The position numbers and the translations under genes are program-made. The notes under the pieces are model-generated. The model was not told where the DNA came from, did not search any database, and saw nothing but the letters and a program-made list of their open reading frames with translations. From a bacterium (lineage in GTDB: Bacteria; Eisenbacteria; RBG-16-71-46): 13,145 nucleotides of DNA. Below, in pieces: positions 1 through 7,703 of the stretch. The stretch is from contig JAYWEM010000035.1 in the NCBI GenBank assembly GCA_043779265.1, positions 1 to 13,145 on the forward strand, written 5' to 3'. Within the stretch, counting starts at the first letter, position 1. Each line of letters begins with the position of its first letter.

Positions 1-521
1 CCGACGCGTTGCTCGAAACGCAGGAACGGCTCATCGAACGCAAGCGTCGTTCGTAGCTGGATGACGCCGCCCGAGGCGTTGCCATAGAGAGCTGAGGCAT
101 TGCTGCGCGAGACCTCGACGCGATCGGCGCTGCCCATGTCCACCAGATCGAGCGACGTGCGGCCGTCGGGCTCCGAGACCGGGATGCCATCGGTGAGCAC
201 GCGGATGCCGCGCATGTTGCCCGCGTTGGAGCGGTCGCCATTGCCACGCGCGCCGTAGCCGCGGATCGTGACGCGCACGTCCTGCGCTCCGCCTCGGCTC
301 TGCACGAACACGCCCGGCACGAGCGCGAGCGCGTCCTTCAGGCTGATGTCGCGGCTGGAGGCGAAGGCATCTCGCTTGATCACCGACACGGCGGCCGGCG
401 CGCGCAGCGCGCTGCTCGGGACGCGAGTGCTCGTCACGATGATCTCGCGCAGCGGGACGATCTGCGTATCCGCGGGTGCGGCGGCGGCGATCGTGAGCGT
501 CAGCAGGATGGCAAGCGACAC
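1..521 (-). CDS. TonB-dependent receptor, N-terminal part (signal peptide, TonB box, plug domain); YncD/PqqU-like plug; truncated by window edge
   Basis: Manual translation from GTG at 521 (SD GAAAGGA on minus strand just upstream), open to the edge: MSLAILLTLTIAAAAPADTQIVPLREIIVTSTRVPSSALRAPAAVSVI...SLKDALALVPGVFVQSRGGAQDVRVTIRGYGARG...RGIRVLTDGIPVSEPDGRTSLDLVDMGSADRVEVSRSNASALYGNASGGVIQLRT. EIIVTSTR is TonB-box-like; IRG, DGIP and LYGNASGGVI are plug motifs. Confidence 0.93.
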   Translation of the reverse strand, partial: MSLAILLTLTIAAAAPADTQIVPLREIIVTSTRVPSSALRAPAAVSVIKRDAFASSRDISLKDALALVPGVFVQSRGGAQDVRVTIRGYGARGNGDRSNAGNMRGIRVLTDGIPVSEPDGRTSLDLVDMGSADRVEVSRSNASALYGNASGGVIQLRTTLAFDEPFLRFEQRV

Positions 522-570
522 AGTCGTTCCTTTCGAGCGGCGTGCCTGGAGCAGGGGACCATGCGACCCG

Positions 571-603
571 CAAAGGTAGCGGGCACTGGGCGCGACAAGT
601 CTA
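571..603 (-). promoter_or_regulatory. Possible promoter of the TonB-dependent receptor
   Basis: Minus strand TACCTT(TG) at 578-571 fits a TAnnnT -10 element, about 50 nt upstream of the GTG. The only -35 candidate is weak (TAGACT 603-598, 19-nt spacer). Confidence 0.3.
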
Positions 604-790
604 GGCGGGCGACTCCCTCCGAGACAATCATCGGCACATCGAGCGAGTGTCGAGCGAATGACGTGGCTGCTCGCGGATCGACGCGGCATGCGCACCCATG
701 GACTGATGTTGTCGAGCAAAGGGCGTTGGCTCGCCTCCTGCACGGAGACCCCTCGTCGGGTCATCTCGAGAGGGTGGCCCGGCAACTGGT

Positions 791-833
791 CGGGAGGGCG
801 CTCCTACACTGGACGGCAGGAGCGCCACTCCCG
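791..833. repeat. Inverted repeat / stem-loop (15 bp, one bulge, 12-nt loop)
   Basis: CGGGAG-GGCGCTCCT (791-805) pairs with AGGAGCGCC-a-CTCCCG (818-833). No U-tract on either side. Confidence 0.7.
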
Positions 834-857
834 CGCCCATCATCGCGCCTCGCGCGA

Positions 858-887
858 TTGACATGCGCTTCGGGCCCAGCCCACTGT
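858..887 (+). promoter_or_regulatory. Putative sigma70-type promoter of the lipoprotein gene
   Basis: Perfect TTGACA (858-863), 18-nt spacer, CACTGT (882-887), then SD GAGGAGG (900-906) and ATG 911. Confidence 0.4.
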
Positions 888-910
888 GCTGCTGGACTCG
901 AGGAGGCTGC

Positions 911-1912
911 ATGTCACTCACTCGAACGCTGATCGCTGCTGTGCTCGTGCTGGCTCTCGCGGGCTGCGAGATCGTTCCCTCCGACTCATCCGAAGCGAAC
1001 TCGCCCGAGCGCCTCTCGCCTGCGGTGGCGAGCCTGCGTGCCTGGATGAGTACCTCGGATTCGGTCGGGTTCCTGCCTTCGATTCGAGATTCACTCGCGG
1101 GATCGACCGCCCTGCTCGCCGGAACGCACCAAGTCGGCGAACGTCCGACGGGCCGCCGGGGATTCGAGTTCAACGACTCGACCATCGTGCTGCTCGAGCT
1201 CTCGGCGACGTCCTGGGACAGCGCGATGTCCGTGGCTAACGCGATCGTCGACCGCTACCTCGATGAGATGGCGCCCGCGGGTGAGCCGCTCACCATGCAG
1301 GGGCGTGAGTCACTTCCTCTGGGCGGCGCCAAGTGGCGCTGGCTCTCGGGAGGACGAGTCGGTGAGCTGAGGCTGCGCGGTGTTCCGAGGCCGGGTTGGC
1401 CGCGGAACACCCATTGGGCGATCTCGATCGCCCTCACCGACCGCCCGGCAACCGCCTATGACCGCGGCGTGCGCCCGAGGAAGGTGACCGAACTCTCACG
1501 CGCCGCGCGGTGGTTCGAAGGGCTGCTCGACAAGGGGACCGCCGATTCCTCACCGCTCGTCCGTTGGGCGATGGCGGCCGGGGCGAGCGGCACCGGCATG
1601 GACGGACGATCGGCGAGCACCGAGGGCGGCCGGTTCGCCGAGACGCAGACGCTGACGCAGAAGATCGAACTCCTGCTCGAGTTGGATGGCGTCGAGCCCG
1701 ACAGCATCGCGCGAGCGCTCGCACCGCAGCTCGAGGCGGAGCTGATCGATGCCGTCGGCGTCCATGGCACGACCGCCCGCGTGACGGATGGGCGCTGGAG
1801 CTACGCCGGTCGCGGTAGAGCGGGAACGCTCGACCTGGGTGTGCAGCGCGATTCGGGGGGCCGTTGCTGGGCCGAACTCACGCTCGAGGACACTCCCGCC
1901 GACGTGCGCTGA
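911..1912 (+). CDS. Hypothetical lipoprotein (333 aa) with two similar domains
   Basis: The strong SD GAGGAGG before ATG 911 favours it over the ORF-track start 863. N-terminus MSLTRTLIAAVLVLALAGC is a signal peptide II with lipobox LAGC. No family recognised. Confidence 0.8.
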   Translation: MSLTRTLIAAVLVLALAGCEIVPSDSSEANSPERLSPAVASLRAWMSTSDSVGFLPSIRDSLAGSTALLAGTHQVGERPTGRRGFEFNDSTIVLLELSATSWDSAMSVANAIVDRYLDEMAPAGEPLTMQGRESLPLGGAKWRWLSGGRVGELRLRGVPRPGWPRNTHWAISIALTDRPATAYDRGVRPRKVTELSRAARWFEGLLDKGTADSSPLVRWAMAAGASGTGMDGRSASTEGGRFAETQTLTQKIELLLELDGVEPDSIARALAPQLEAELIDAVGVHGTTARVTDGRWSYAGRGRAGTLDLGVQRDSGGRCWAELTLEDTPADVR

Positions 1913-1928
1913 GACCGCCGCCCCATCG

Positions 1929-1957
1929 TTGGCGGCGACTGCGAGGCGGGCTACATT
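1929..1957 (+). promoter_or_regulatory. Putative sigma70-type promoter of the mqnP-ubiX-ubiD operon
   Basis: TTGGCG (1929-1934), 17-nt spacer, TACATT (1952-1957), 40 nt upstream of ATG 1998. Confidence 0.5.
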
Positions 1958-1997
1958 GCCCGCACACCGTCACGACCCTCGCACCCGATCGGGATCC

Positions 1998-2897
1998 ATG
2001 GCCAGTCCAGCCCTGCCCGCCGTCGAGCGCCTTCGCACCTTTGCCTCGTTCGTGCGCCTCGAGCACACGCTGTTCTCACTGCCGCTCCTGCTGGCGGGGG
2101 TCTTCAGTGCGTCCGGCCCATCGCTCTCGTGGTCCCGTTGGGCGCTGATCGCCATCGCAGCGGTGGGAGCACGCACGGCGGCGATGAGCATGAATCGCAT
2201 CATCGATCGCCGGATCGACGCGTTGAACCCGCGTACGAAGGTGCGCGAGTTACCGGCGGGCCGCATGTCGATGATGGAGGCGGTCGGCCTGCTCGTGGCG
2301 AGCACCGCGGTGTATGTCGCCGCCTGCGCCGCGCTCGGTCGCTTCTTCCTTCAGGTCTCGGTGATCCCGCTCGCGGTCTTCGCGCTCTATCCCTACCTCA
2401 AGCGCTTCACCCCGTTCTGCCACTTCGGCGTCGGCCTCGCGCTCGCGCTCGCGCCGCTCGCCGGCTATGCAGCGGGACATCCGGGCCTTGAATCGCCGAT
2501 GGTGGCCCTCGCGCTCGCCGCCTTCGCGCTGCTGTGGGTGAGCGGCTTCGACATCATCTACGCCACGTTGGATGAGTCGTTCGATCGATCGAGCGGCATC
2601 CGCTCCATGGTCGCGTGGCTCGGACGCGAGCGTGCGCTGGGCGTGAGTGCGTGGCTGCATCGCGGCGCGAGCGTCGCGCTGTTGTTCGTTCTGGTCCTGC
2701 TGCTGCGCTCGGCGCCCGATGCCTCCGCGTGGCGACTGCTCCCCGCGGGCGCTTGCTTCGTGCTCTCCGTGGGGCTCCTCGAATGGGAGCAGCGGCTCGC
2801 CGAGAACGTCGATCTCGCGTTCTTCAAGATCAACATCTGGGTCGGAGCCACGGTGCTCGCGATGGTGCTCGCCGCGAGATGGGCGGGAGGATTCTGA
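1998..2897 (+). CDS. mqnP: UbiA-family polyprenyltransferase, MqnP-type (futalosine menaquinone pathway), 299 aa
   Basis: Multi-pass hydrophobic protein with EHTLFSLP, ARTAAMSMNRIIDRRIDALNPRT..RELPAG, YPYLKRFT, LWVSGFDIIYATLD..FD and C-terminal DLAFF.IN motifs. Adjacent to ubiX/ubiD. Start trimmed from 1788 to ATG 1998 because 1788 lies inside the upstream gene. Confidence 0.88.
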   Translation: MASPALPAVERLRTFASFVRLEHTLFSLPLLLAGVFSASGPSLSWSRWALIAIAAVGARTAAMSMNRIIDRRIDALNPRTKVRELPAGRMSMMEAVGLLVASTAVYVAACAALGRFFLQVSVIPLAVFALYPYLKRFTPFCHFGVGLALALAPLAGYAAGHPGLESPMVALALAAFALLWVSGFDIIYATLDESFDRSSGIRSMVAWLGRERALGVSAWLHRGASVALLFVLVLLLRSAPDASAWRLLPAGACFVLSVGLLEWEQRLAENVDLAFFKINIWVGATVLAMVLAARWAGGF

Positions 2898-3451
2898 TGG
2901 CGCGCTACCTGATCGGCATGACCGGCGCCTCCGGCGCGATCTACGGCGTCGACTTCGTGAAGCGCTGCCCGGGCGAGAAGTTCCTCATCCTGAGCGACTG
3001 GGCGCGGCACGTGCTTCACGCCGAGCTATCCATGAAGCCGCGCGATCTGGAGCCGCACGTGAAGCGCATGTTCCGTGACGATGACCTGGCGGCGCCGTTC
3101 AGCTCGGGCAGCAATCGGTATGACGCGTTCGTGATCATGCCGTGCAGCGTGAGCACTCTGGCCAAGATCTCCGCCGGCATCGCCGACACCCTCATCACGC
3201 GCGCGGCCGCCGTCGCGCTCAAAGAACGCATGCGACTCGTGCTGTGTGTGCGCGAGACGCCGCTCAGCAGCATCGCGTTGGAGAACGCGCTCAAGCTGTC
3301 GCGAGAGGGCGTGGTCATCATGCCGGTCTCGCCGCCCTGGTATCGCGAGCCCGCCGACCTGACGCAACTGGTGGGCGGTTTCACCGACAAAGTGCTGTCA
3401 CTGCTCGGCGAGCCCTCGGGCGAGCGGTGGCGCGAGGGGGATCTCGAGTGA
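2897..3451 (+). CDS. ubiX: Flavin prenyltransferase UbiX (MqnM-type), 184 aa
   Basis: ATG 2897 overlaps the upstream stop (TGATG), SD GGGAGG 2885-2890. Motifs GMTGASGAIYG, SSGS, PCSVSTLAKISAGIADTLITRAA.V.LKER..LVL..RETPL, P..P.WY..P. Confidence 0.95.
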   Translation: MARYLIGMTGASGAIYGVDFVKRCPGEKFLILSDWARHVLHAELSMKPRDLEPHVKRMFRDDDLAAPFSSGSNRYDAFVIMPCSVSTLAKISAGIADTLITRAAAVALKERMRLVLCVRETPLSSIALENALKLSREGVVIMPVSPPWYREPADLTQLVGGFTDKVLSLLGEPSGERWREGDLE

Positions 3452-3461
3452 GGTGGCCGCG

Positions 3462-5246
3462 ATGAGTTACACGACGCTCCGAGAATTCCTCGAGATGTGC
3501 GAGGCCAAGGGCGACTTGAAGCGGATCACGCGCGAGGTCGACTGGAAGTACGAGGTCACCGAGATCGCCTGCCGAGAGGCGAAGCATGAAGGCCCGGCGC
3601 TGTTGTTCGAGAACGTGCGCGGCGCTCGCTTCCCGCTCGCGGTCAACGTGCTCGCGGCGACCCGGCGCATCGAGTGGGCGCTGGGTCGCACGGCGCGCTC
3701 GATCGGCGACGAGATCGAGGAGATCTTCCACGCCGTGCCGCCCAAGGCGATCGGCGACCTGTGGAAGCTGCGTGGCTCGCTGCCTCGCGTGCTCGCCTCT
3801 CGCCCCAAGCTCATCGAGTCGGGTCCAGCGCAGGCCCACTCGCTCGGCGCCGACCTCTCGTCGCTCCCGGTCCTCAAGTTGTGGCCACAGGACGGTGGCC
3901 GCTTCATCACCTTCCCGCTCGTCTTCACCGAGGACCCCGAGACGCACAAGAGGAACCTCGGCCTCTATCGCATCCAGCTCTACGATGAGAAGACGACCGG
4001 CATGCACTGGCAGATCGGCAAGGGCGGCGGCTTCCACTTCCACAAGGCCGAGCAGAAGGGTCAGTCGCTCGAGGTGGCGATCGCCGTCGGCGCCGACCCG
4101 GCCACGCTGCTCGCTGGCGTCGCGCCGCTTCCCGAGGGCATCGACGAGCTGGCGTTCGCCGGCTTCCTGCGTGGCCGCTCCACACGCATGGCGCGATCGC
4201 GCACGCTGAACATGCGGGTGCCCGCCGATGCCGAGTTCGTGATCGAGGGCATCGTGCCGGCGAGTGAGCGTCGCACCGAGGGCCCGTTCGGCGATCACTT
4301 CGGGCACTACTCGCATGCGGCACCGTTCCCCGTGTTCCATGTGCGCACGGTCACGCACCGAGCCCAGCCCATCTTCCATGCGAGCGTGGTCGGCAAGCCG
4401 CCGCAGGAGGACAAGTGGATGGGCGAGGCGGTGCAGGACATGTTCACCGGCGTCTTGAAGGTGATCCATCCCGAGATCGTCGACCTGTGGGCGTACTTCG
4501 AGGCCGGCTTCCACAACCTGCTCGTGGTGGCGGTCGAGAACCGCTTCCACAAGGAGGCCAAGAAGACCGCACTCGGCCTGATGGGCACCGGGCAGCTGTC
4601 GCTGACCAAGATGATCATCCTGGTCGACGGCGACGTGAACCCGCGCGACCGCCGTCAGGTGTTCGAGGCCGTGGCGCGCCACTTCGATCCCGCCGAGGAT
4701 CTGATGCTGATCCCCGGCGTGCCGCTCGACACGCTCGACTTCACCAGCTTCACCATGAACATGGGAAGCAAGATGGTGCTGGACGCGCAGTCGCACGCGC
4801 GTTCGGTCGGCTCCTCGGGCGGCGCGCCGTTCGTGGCCGCATCGGCCGGCCCGGTGCTCGCGACCGTCGCCGATCCGCGCACGTTCGAGCCGCGCGTGAT
4901 CGATTGGCGACTCGCGTGGGGCGGCATGCTCGTCGTGCAGACGAAGGCCGATGGCCGTGAGGTGGTGGAGGCACTGATCCACCGCGCCGAGTACGCCGCC
5001 GTGCGGCTGGTGGTCGCGGTCAGCGACGACGTGCCGATCGCGGACGACGACCTGCTGCTGTGGGGGATCTTCACGCGCTTCGACTGCGCGCGCGACACCA
5101 TCCCCGCCAGCGTCGAGGTTCGCGGCGCGTGGCTCACCGCGCGTGGGCCGCTCGGCATCGATGCGACCTGGAAGTCGGGCTATCCCGATGCGGTCGCGAC
5201 TCCGGCCGAGATCATCGCGGGCGTGGACTCGTGGTGGGGGCGATAG
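3462..5246 (+). CDS. ubiD: UbiD-family prFMN-dependent decarboxylase, long MqnL-type menaquinone biosynthesis decarboxylase, 594 aa
   Basis: Motifs GPALLFENV, LPVLKLWPQDGGRFIT, RNLGLYRIQ, MHWQIGKGG, VPADAEFVIEG, EGPFGDHFGHY, GKPPQED, LDTLD, GIDATWK. SD GAGGTGG 3450-3456 favours ATG 3462 (alternative GTG 3453). Confidence 0.93.
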   Translation: MSYTTLREFLEMCEAKGDLKRITREVDWKYEVTEIACREAKHEGPALLFENVRGARFPLAVNVLAATRRIEWALGRTARSIGDEIEEIFHAVPPKAIGDLWKLRGSLPRVLASRPKLIESGPAQAHSLGADLSSLPVLKLWPQDGGRFITFPLVFTEDPETHKRNLGLYRIQLYDEKTTGMHWQIGKGGGFHFHKAEQKGQSLEVAIAVGADPATLLAGVAPLPEGIDELAFAGFLRGRSTRMARSRTLNMRVPADAEFVIEGIVPASERRTEGPFGDHFGHYSHAAPFPVFHVRTVTHRAQPIFHASVVGKPPQEDKWMGEAVQDMFTGVLKVIHPEIVDLWAYFEAGFHNLLVVAVENRFHKEAKKTALGLMGTGQLSLTKMIILVDGDVNPRDRRQVFEAVARHFDPAEDLMLIPGVPLDTLDFTSFTMNMGSKMVLDAQSHARSVGSSGGAPFVAASAGPVLATVADPRTFEPRVIDWRLAWGGMLVVQTKADGREVVEALIHRAEYAAVRLVVAVSDDVPIADDDLLLWGIFTRFDCARDTIPASVEVRGAWLTARGPLGIDATWKSGYPDAVATPAEIIAGVDSWWGR

Positions 5247-6747
5247 CCGCGGGTCTTCCAGCCGCGTCCAACTCGCGCCCCACGCGCACGCAGATCGGCG
5301 GCACCGCCTGCACGTCGGCCAGCTCGGTGCGGAAGTTGACGATGCACGCGCGCAATAGATAACGCCCGCCGACCACGGCGTTCGAGACGAAAGCCTCGCC
5401 CTCTCGCTGCGTGCGATCGAGGATCTGCTGGTTGAGCGTGTCGAGATAGGCGGCCACCTCGGGCTCGGCGGACCGCGCGCGCAGGTCGCTGGGCACGAAG
5501 CGGAACGTGGTGATGCTCAGCTCCTGCGTGAACAGCTCGAGCTCGGCCTCTCGGCGCACGGCGTCGGCCATCTCGCGGGACAGGCGGATGTCGTCGGCGA
5601 TCATGCGGCGGTATCCGGCAGCACCCGCGTGCTGGAGCATGAGCCAGACTTTCAGCGCGCGGAACCCACGCGAGTTCTGCGGGCTGAAGTCCACGTAGTT
5701 CGTGACGCTCTCATCGAAATGGTAGTAGGGGGGGTGGTACGAGAACGCGGCGCGAAGGTGCGCGGGGTCGCGCACGAGCGCGCAGCCCGCCTCGAGCGGC
5801 GCGTACAGCCACTTGTGCGGGTCCACCGCGACCGAGTCGGCGAACGAGAGAGCGCGCAGGTCCTCGGGCGCCTCGGGCACGCAGGCCGCGAAGCCGCCGT
5901 AGGCGCCATCCACGTGGAACCACACGCCGAGCTCCTGGCAGAGCGCGGCGATCGCGGGCAGGTCGTCGACGGCGCCGGTCATCACCGTGCCGCCCGTGGC
6001 CGCCACCATGAAGGGCACGTCGCCCGCGGCGCGGTCGGCCTCGATCTGTCGCCGCAGCGCAGCGACGTCCATGCGCTGGTCGGCGCCGGTGGCGATCTTG
6101 CGAATCGAGTCGGTGCCGAGCCCCGACAAGTCGGCCGCTTTCTGGATCCAGGTGTGCGTCTCAGTGGAGGCGTAGACGCGCAGCGTGCCCCCGTGTGCCG
6201 GCGCGCTGCCCGCGGCGCGCACGTCCCAGGGCGCCTTGGCTGCGCGCGCGGCGTAGAAGCACACGAAGTTGGCCATGTTGCCGCCCGACACCAACACGCC
6301 GCCGCACTCGGTGGGATAGCCGATCAACTCGGCCATCCAGCGCACGGTCTCCGATTCGATCTCGGTGCCGGCGGGCGACAGCGACCACGAGCCCATGTTG
6401 GGATTGACGGCCGAGGCGAGCAGGTCGCCGAGCACCCCGATGAGTGCGGGCCCGGCGGTGATGTAGCCGAAGAAGCGCGGATGCTGGTTGAACAGCGAGT
6501 GCTCGAACAGCAGCCTCGTCGTGCGCTCGAGCAGCGGCCCCGGCTCGGCGCCCTGTTCGGGAAGACGCCCGCCCAGCCCGAGCGACGCTCGGAGCTGCGA
6601 GGGCGGGACGTCTCGGGTGATCGGCCGCGAAGGCACGGACTCGATCAGCGTGGCCAGCTGGTCCACCAACTGGTGCCCCAGCGTGCGGAAGGTGTCGGCA
6701 TCCATCGCCAACGGCGCTCGGCGCTTGGTCGACTTGTCGGACAGCAT
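5212..6747 (-). CDS. Group II PLP-dependent amino acid decarboxylase (aromatic-L-amino-acid/diaminobutyrate decarboxylase family), ~511 aa; substrate unknown
   Basis: Motifs HPRFFGYI, SGGNMAN, ATGGTVMTGAVDDL, WFHVDGAYGG, ADSVAVDPHKWLYAP (PLP lysine), QNSRGFRALKVW, LRACIVNFRT. SD AGGAGG 5 nt before ATG 6747; alternative in-frame ATG 6768 overlaps the upstream stop. Confidence 0.92.
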   Translation of the reverse strand: MLSDKSTKRRAPLAMDADTFRTLGHQLVDQLATLIESVPSRPITRDVPPSQLRASLGLGGRLPEQGAEPGPLLERTTRLLFEHSLFNQHPRFFGYITAGPALIGVLGDLLASAVNPNMGSWSLSPAGTEIESETVRWMAELIGYPTECGGVLVSGGNMANFVCFYAARAAKAPWDVRAAGSAPAHGGTLRVYASTETHTWIQKAADLSGLGTDSIRKIATGADQRMDVAALRRQIEADRAAGDVPFMVAATGGTVMTGAVDDLPAIAALCQELGVWFHVDGAYGGFAACVPEAPEDLRALSFADSVAVDPHKWLYAPLEAGCALVRDPAHLRAAFSYHPPYYHFDESVTNYVDFSPQNSRGFRALKVWLMLQHAGAAGYRRMIADDIRLSREMADAVRREAELELFTQELSITTFRFVPSDLRARSAEPEVAAYLDTLNQQILDRTQREGEAFVSNAVVGGRYLLRACIVNFRTELADVQAVPPICVRVGRELDAAGRPAAIAPTTSPRPR

Positions 6748-6767
6748 CGGGTCCTCCTGCCGCGCCA

Positions 6768-7613
6768 TCAGCGCAGGCCCTCGAAGAGATCGTGTTCCCG
6801 CACGCGGCCACCGTTCACCAGACTGAACGCGCGGAAATAGTGCTGCTTGCCCCAGAGCTTGCCATGCAACTCGGGCGGGAGATCGCGGAGCTTGTCGTAG
6901 ATGGACATCTGCGAGGCGTGGCAGGACACGGCACGCCAGGCCGTCTGCCAGTGAGCGAGCGTGTCGATCACGGTCGTGACCTCCCAGTCGGGCCACGGCA
7001 CCGCCTGGCGCTCGACGCCGTCCACCACCGAGACCAGCTTCTTGGTCATCGCCTCGTACACCGCCCACATCGAGGCCGTCGCCGCTATGTAATAGAACTT
7101 GGAGACGGTGTGCGGCGGATGCACATGGAACTCGCGCTCGGCTCCGGGCAGCGGCGCGGCCTCGAACCCGGGCGAAGCCGCCGCCACGATCGCCCCCTGC
7201 GCCAACTGCGAGATGGCGATGTGGTCGGGATGTCCGTAAGCGCCATCGGGCGGGAAGGTGAGCACGACGTCGGGCCGGAGTCGCCGCACCTCGCCGGCGA
7301 TGCGAGCGATGGCCTCACGCGAGTCCGCCTCGTCGAGTCGTCCGTCGCGATAGCCGAGGAGCGAGAGCGACTTCATGCCGAGTGCGTCGCAGGCCGCGCG
7401 CAACTCGGCCTCGCGGATCTCGCCCAGGCGCTCGGGCCCCGGGTGCTCGGGGCCGCTGCGATGCTCGCCGTAGCGGCCCGCCTCCCCGCGCGTCGCGGTG
7501 ACCGCGCTCACTTGAACGCCCTCAGCCGCGTAGCGGGCCAACGTGCCGCCGGTGCCGAGCGATTCGTCGTCGGGGTGGGCGAGGATGGCCATCAGGCGGA
7601 GAGGCTCGAGCAT
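6768..7613 (-). CDS. PIG-L/LmbE-family Zn-dependent deacetylase (MshB/BshB/Mca-like), 281 aa
   Basis: AHPDDES and YGHPDH metal motifs, TATRGEAG, R.AELRAAC..LG, LGYRDG.L, C-terminal HASQ. SD GGAG 5 nt before ATG 7613. Confidence 0.92.
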   Translation of the reverse strand: MLEPLRLMAILAHPDDESLGTGGTLARYAAEGVQVSAVTATRGEAGRYGEHRSGPEHPGPERLGEIREAELRAACDALGMKSLSLLGYRDGRLDEADSREAIARIAGEVRRLRPDVVLTFPPDGAYGHPDHIAISQLAQGAIVAAASPGFEAAPLPGAEREFHVHPPHTVSKFYYIAATASMWAVYEAMTKKLVSVVDGVERQAVPWPDWEVTTVIDTLAHWQTAWRAVSCHASQMSIYDKLRDLPPELHGKLWGKQHYFRAFSLVNGGRVREHDLFEGLR

Positions 7614-7703
7614 GTGTGCTCCGGCGGTCACGTGACAAGGGGCTCAGGGCGGTTTGGAGGGGAGACTTGCCGACCGGGCAGTCACTCGCAAGCAACTGCG
7701 CTT

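Noticed and set aside
522..910. Cobalamin, TPP or SAM-I riboswitch, or Fur box, upstream of the TonB receptor
   Set aside because: Fragments such as GGCCCGGCAACTG (776-788) recall cobalamin/SAM-I cores but lie on the wrong strand for the receptor and lack the other conserved elements. No AT-rich Fur-like palindrome is present.
31..932. ORFs 31..573, 268..579, 561..932 and 658..861
   Set aside because: Arg/Pro/Ala-rich translations with no motifs or convincing SD; the first two overlap the real TonB receptor frame.
1916..1937. Hairpin CGCCGCC/GGCGGCG after the lipoprotein stop as an intrinsic terminator
   Set aside because: No U-tract follows, and it overlaps the putative -35 of the next operon.
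5728..5734. G7 homopolymer as a phase-variation tract
   Set aside because: Short, in frame (encodes His-Pro-Pro on the minus strand) and unremarkable at this GC content.
6768..7613. Calling the deacetylase mshB, mca or bshB
   Set aside because: The motifs are family-wide and no mycothiol or bacillithiol genes are nearby.
7627..7636. Perfect palindrome GTCACGTGAC upstream of the deacetylase as an operator
   Set aside because: Single 10-bp instance, no second copy noticed and no regulator gene in the window.
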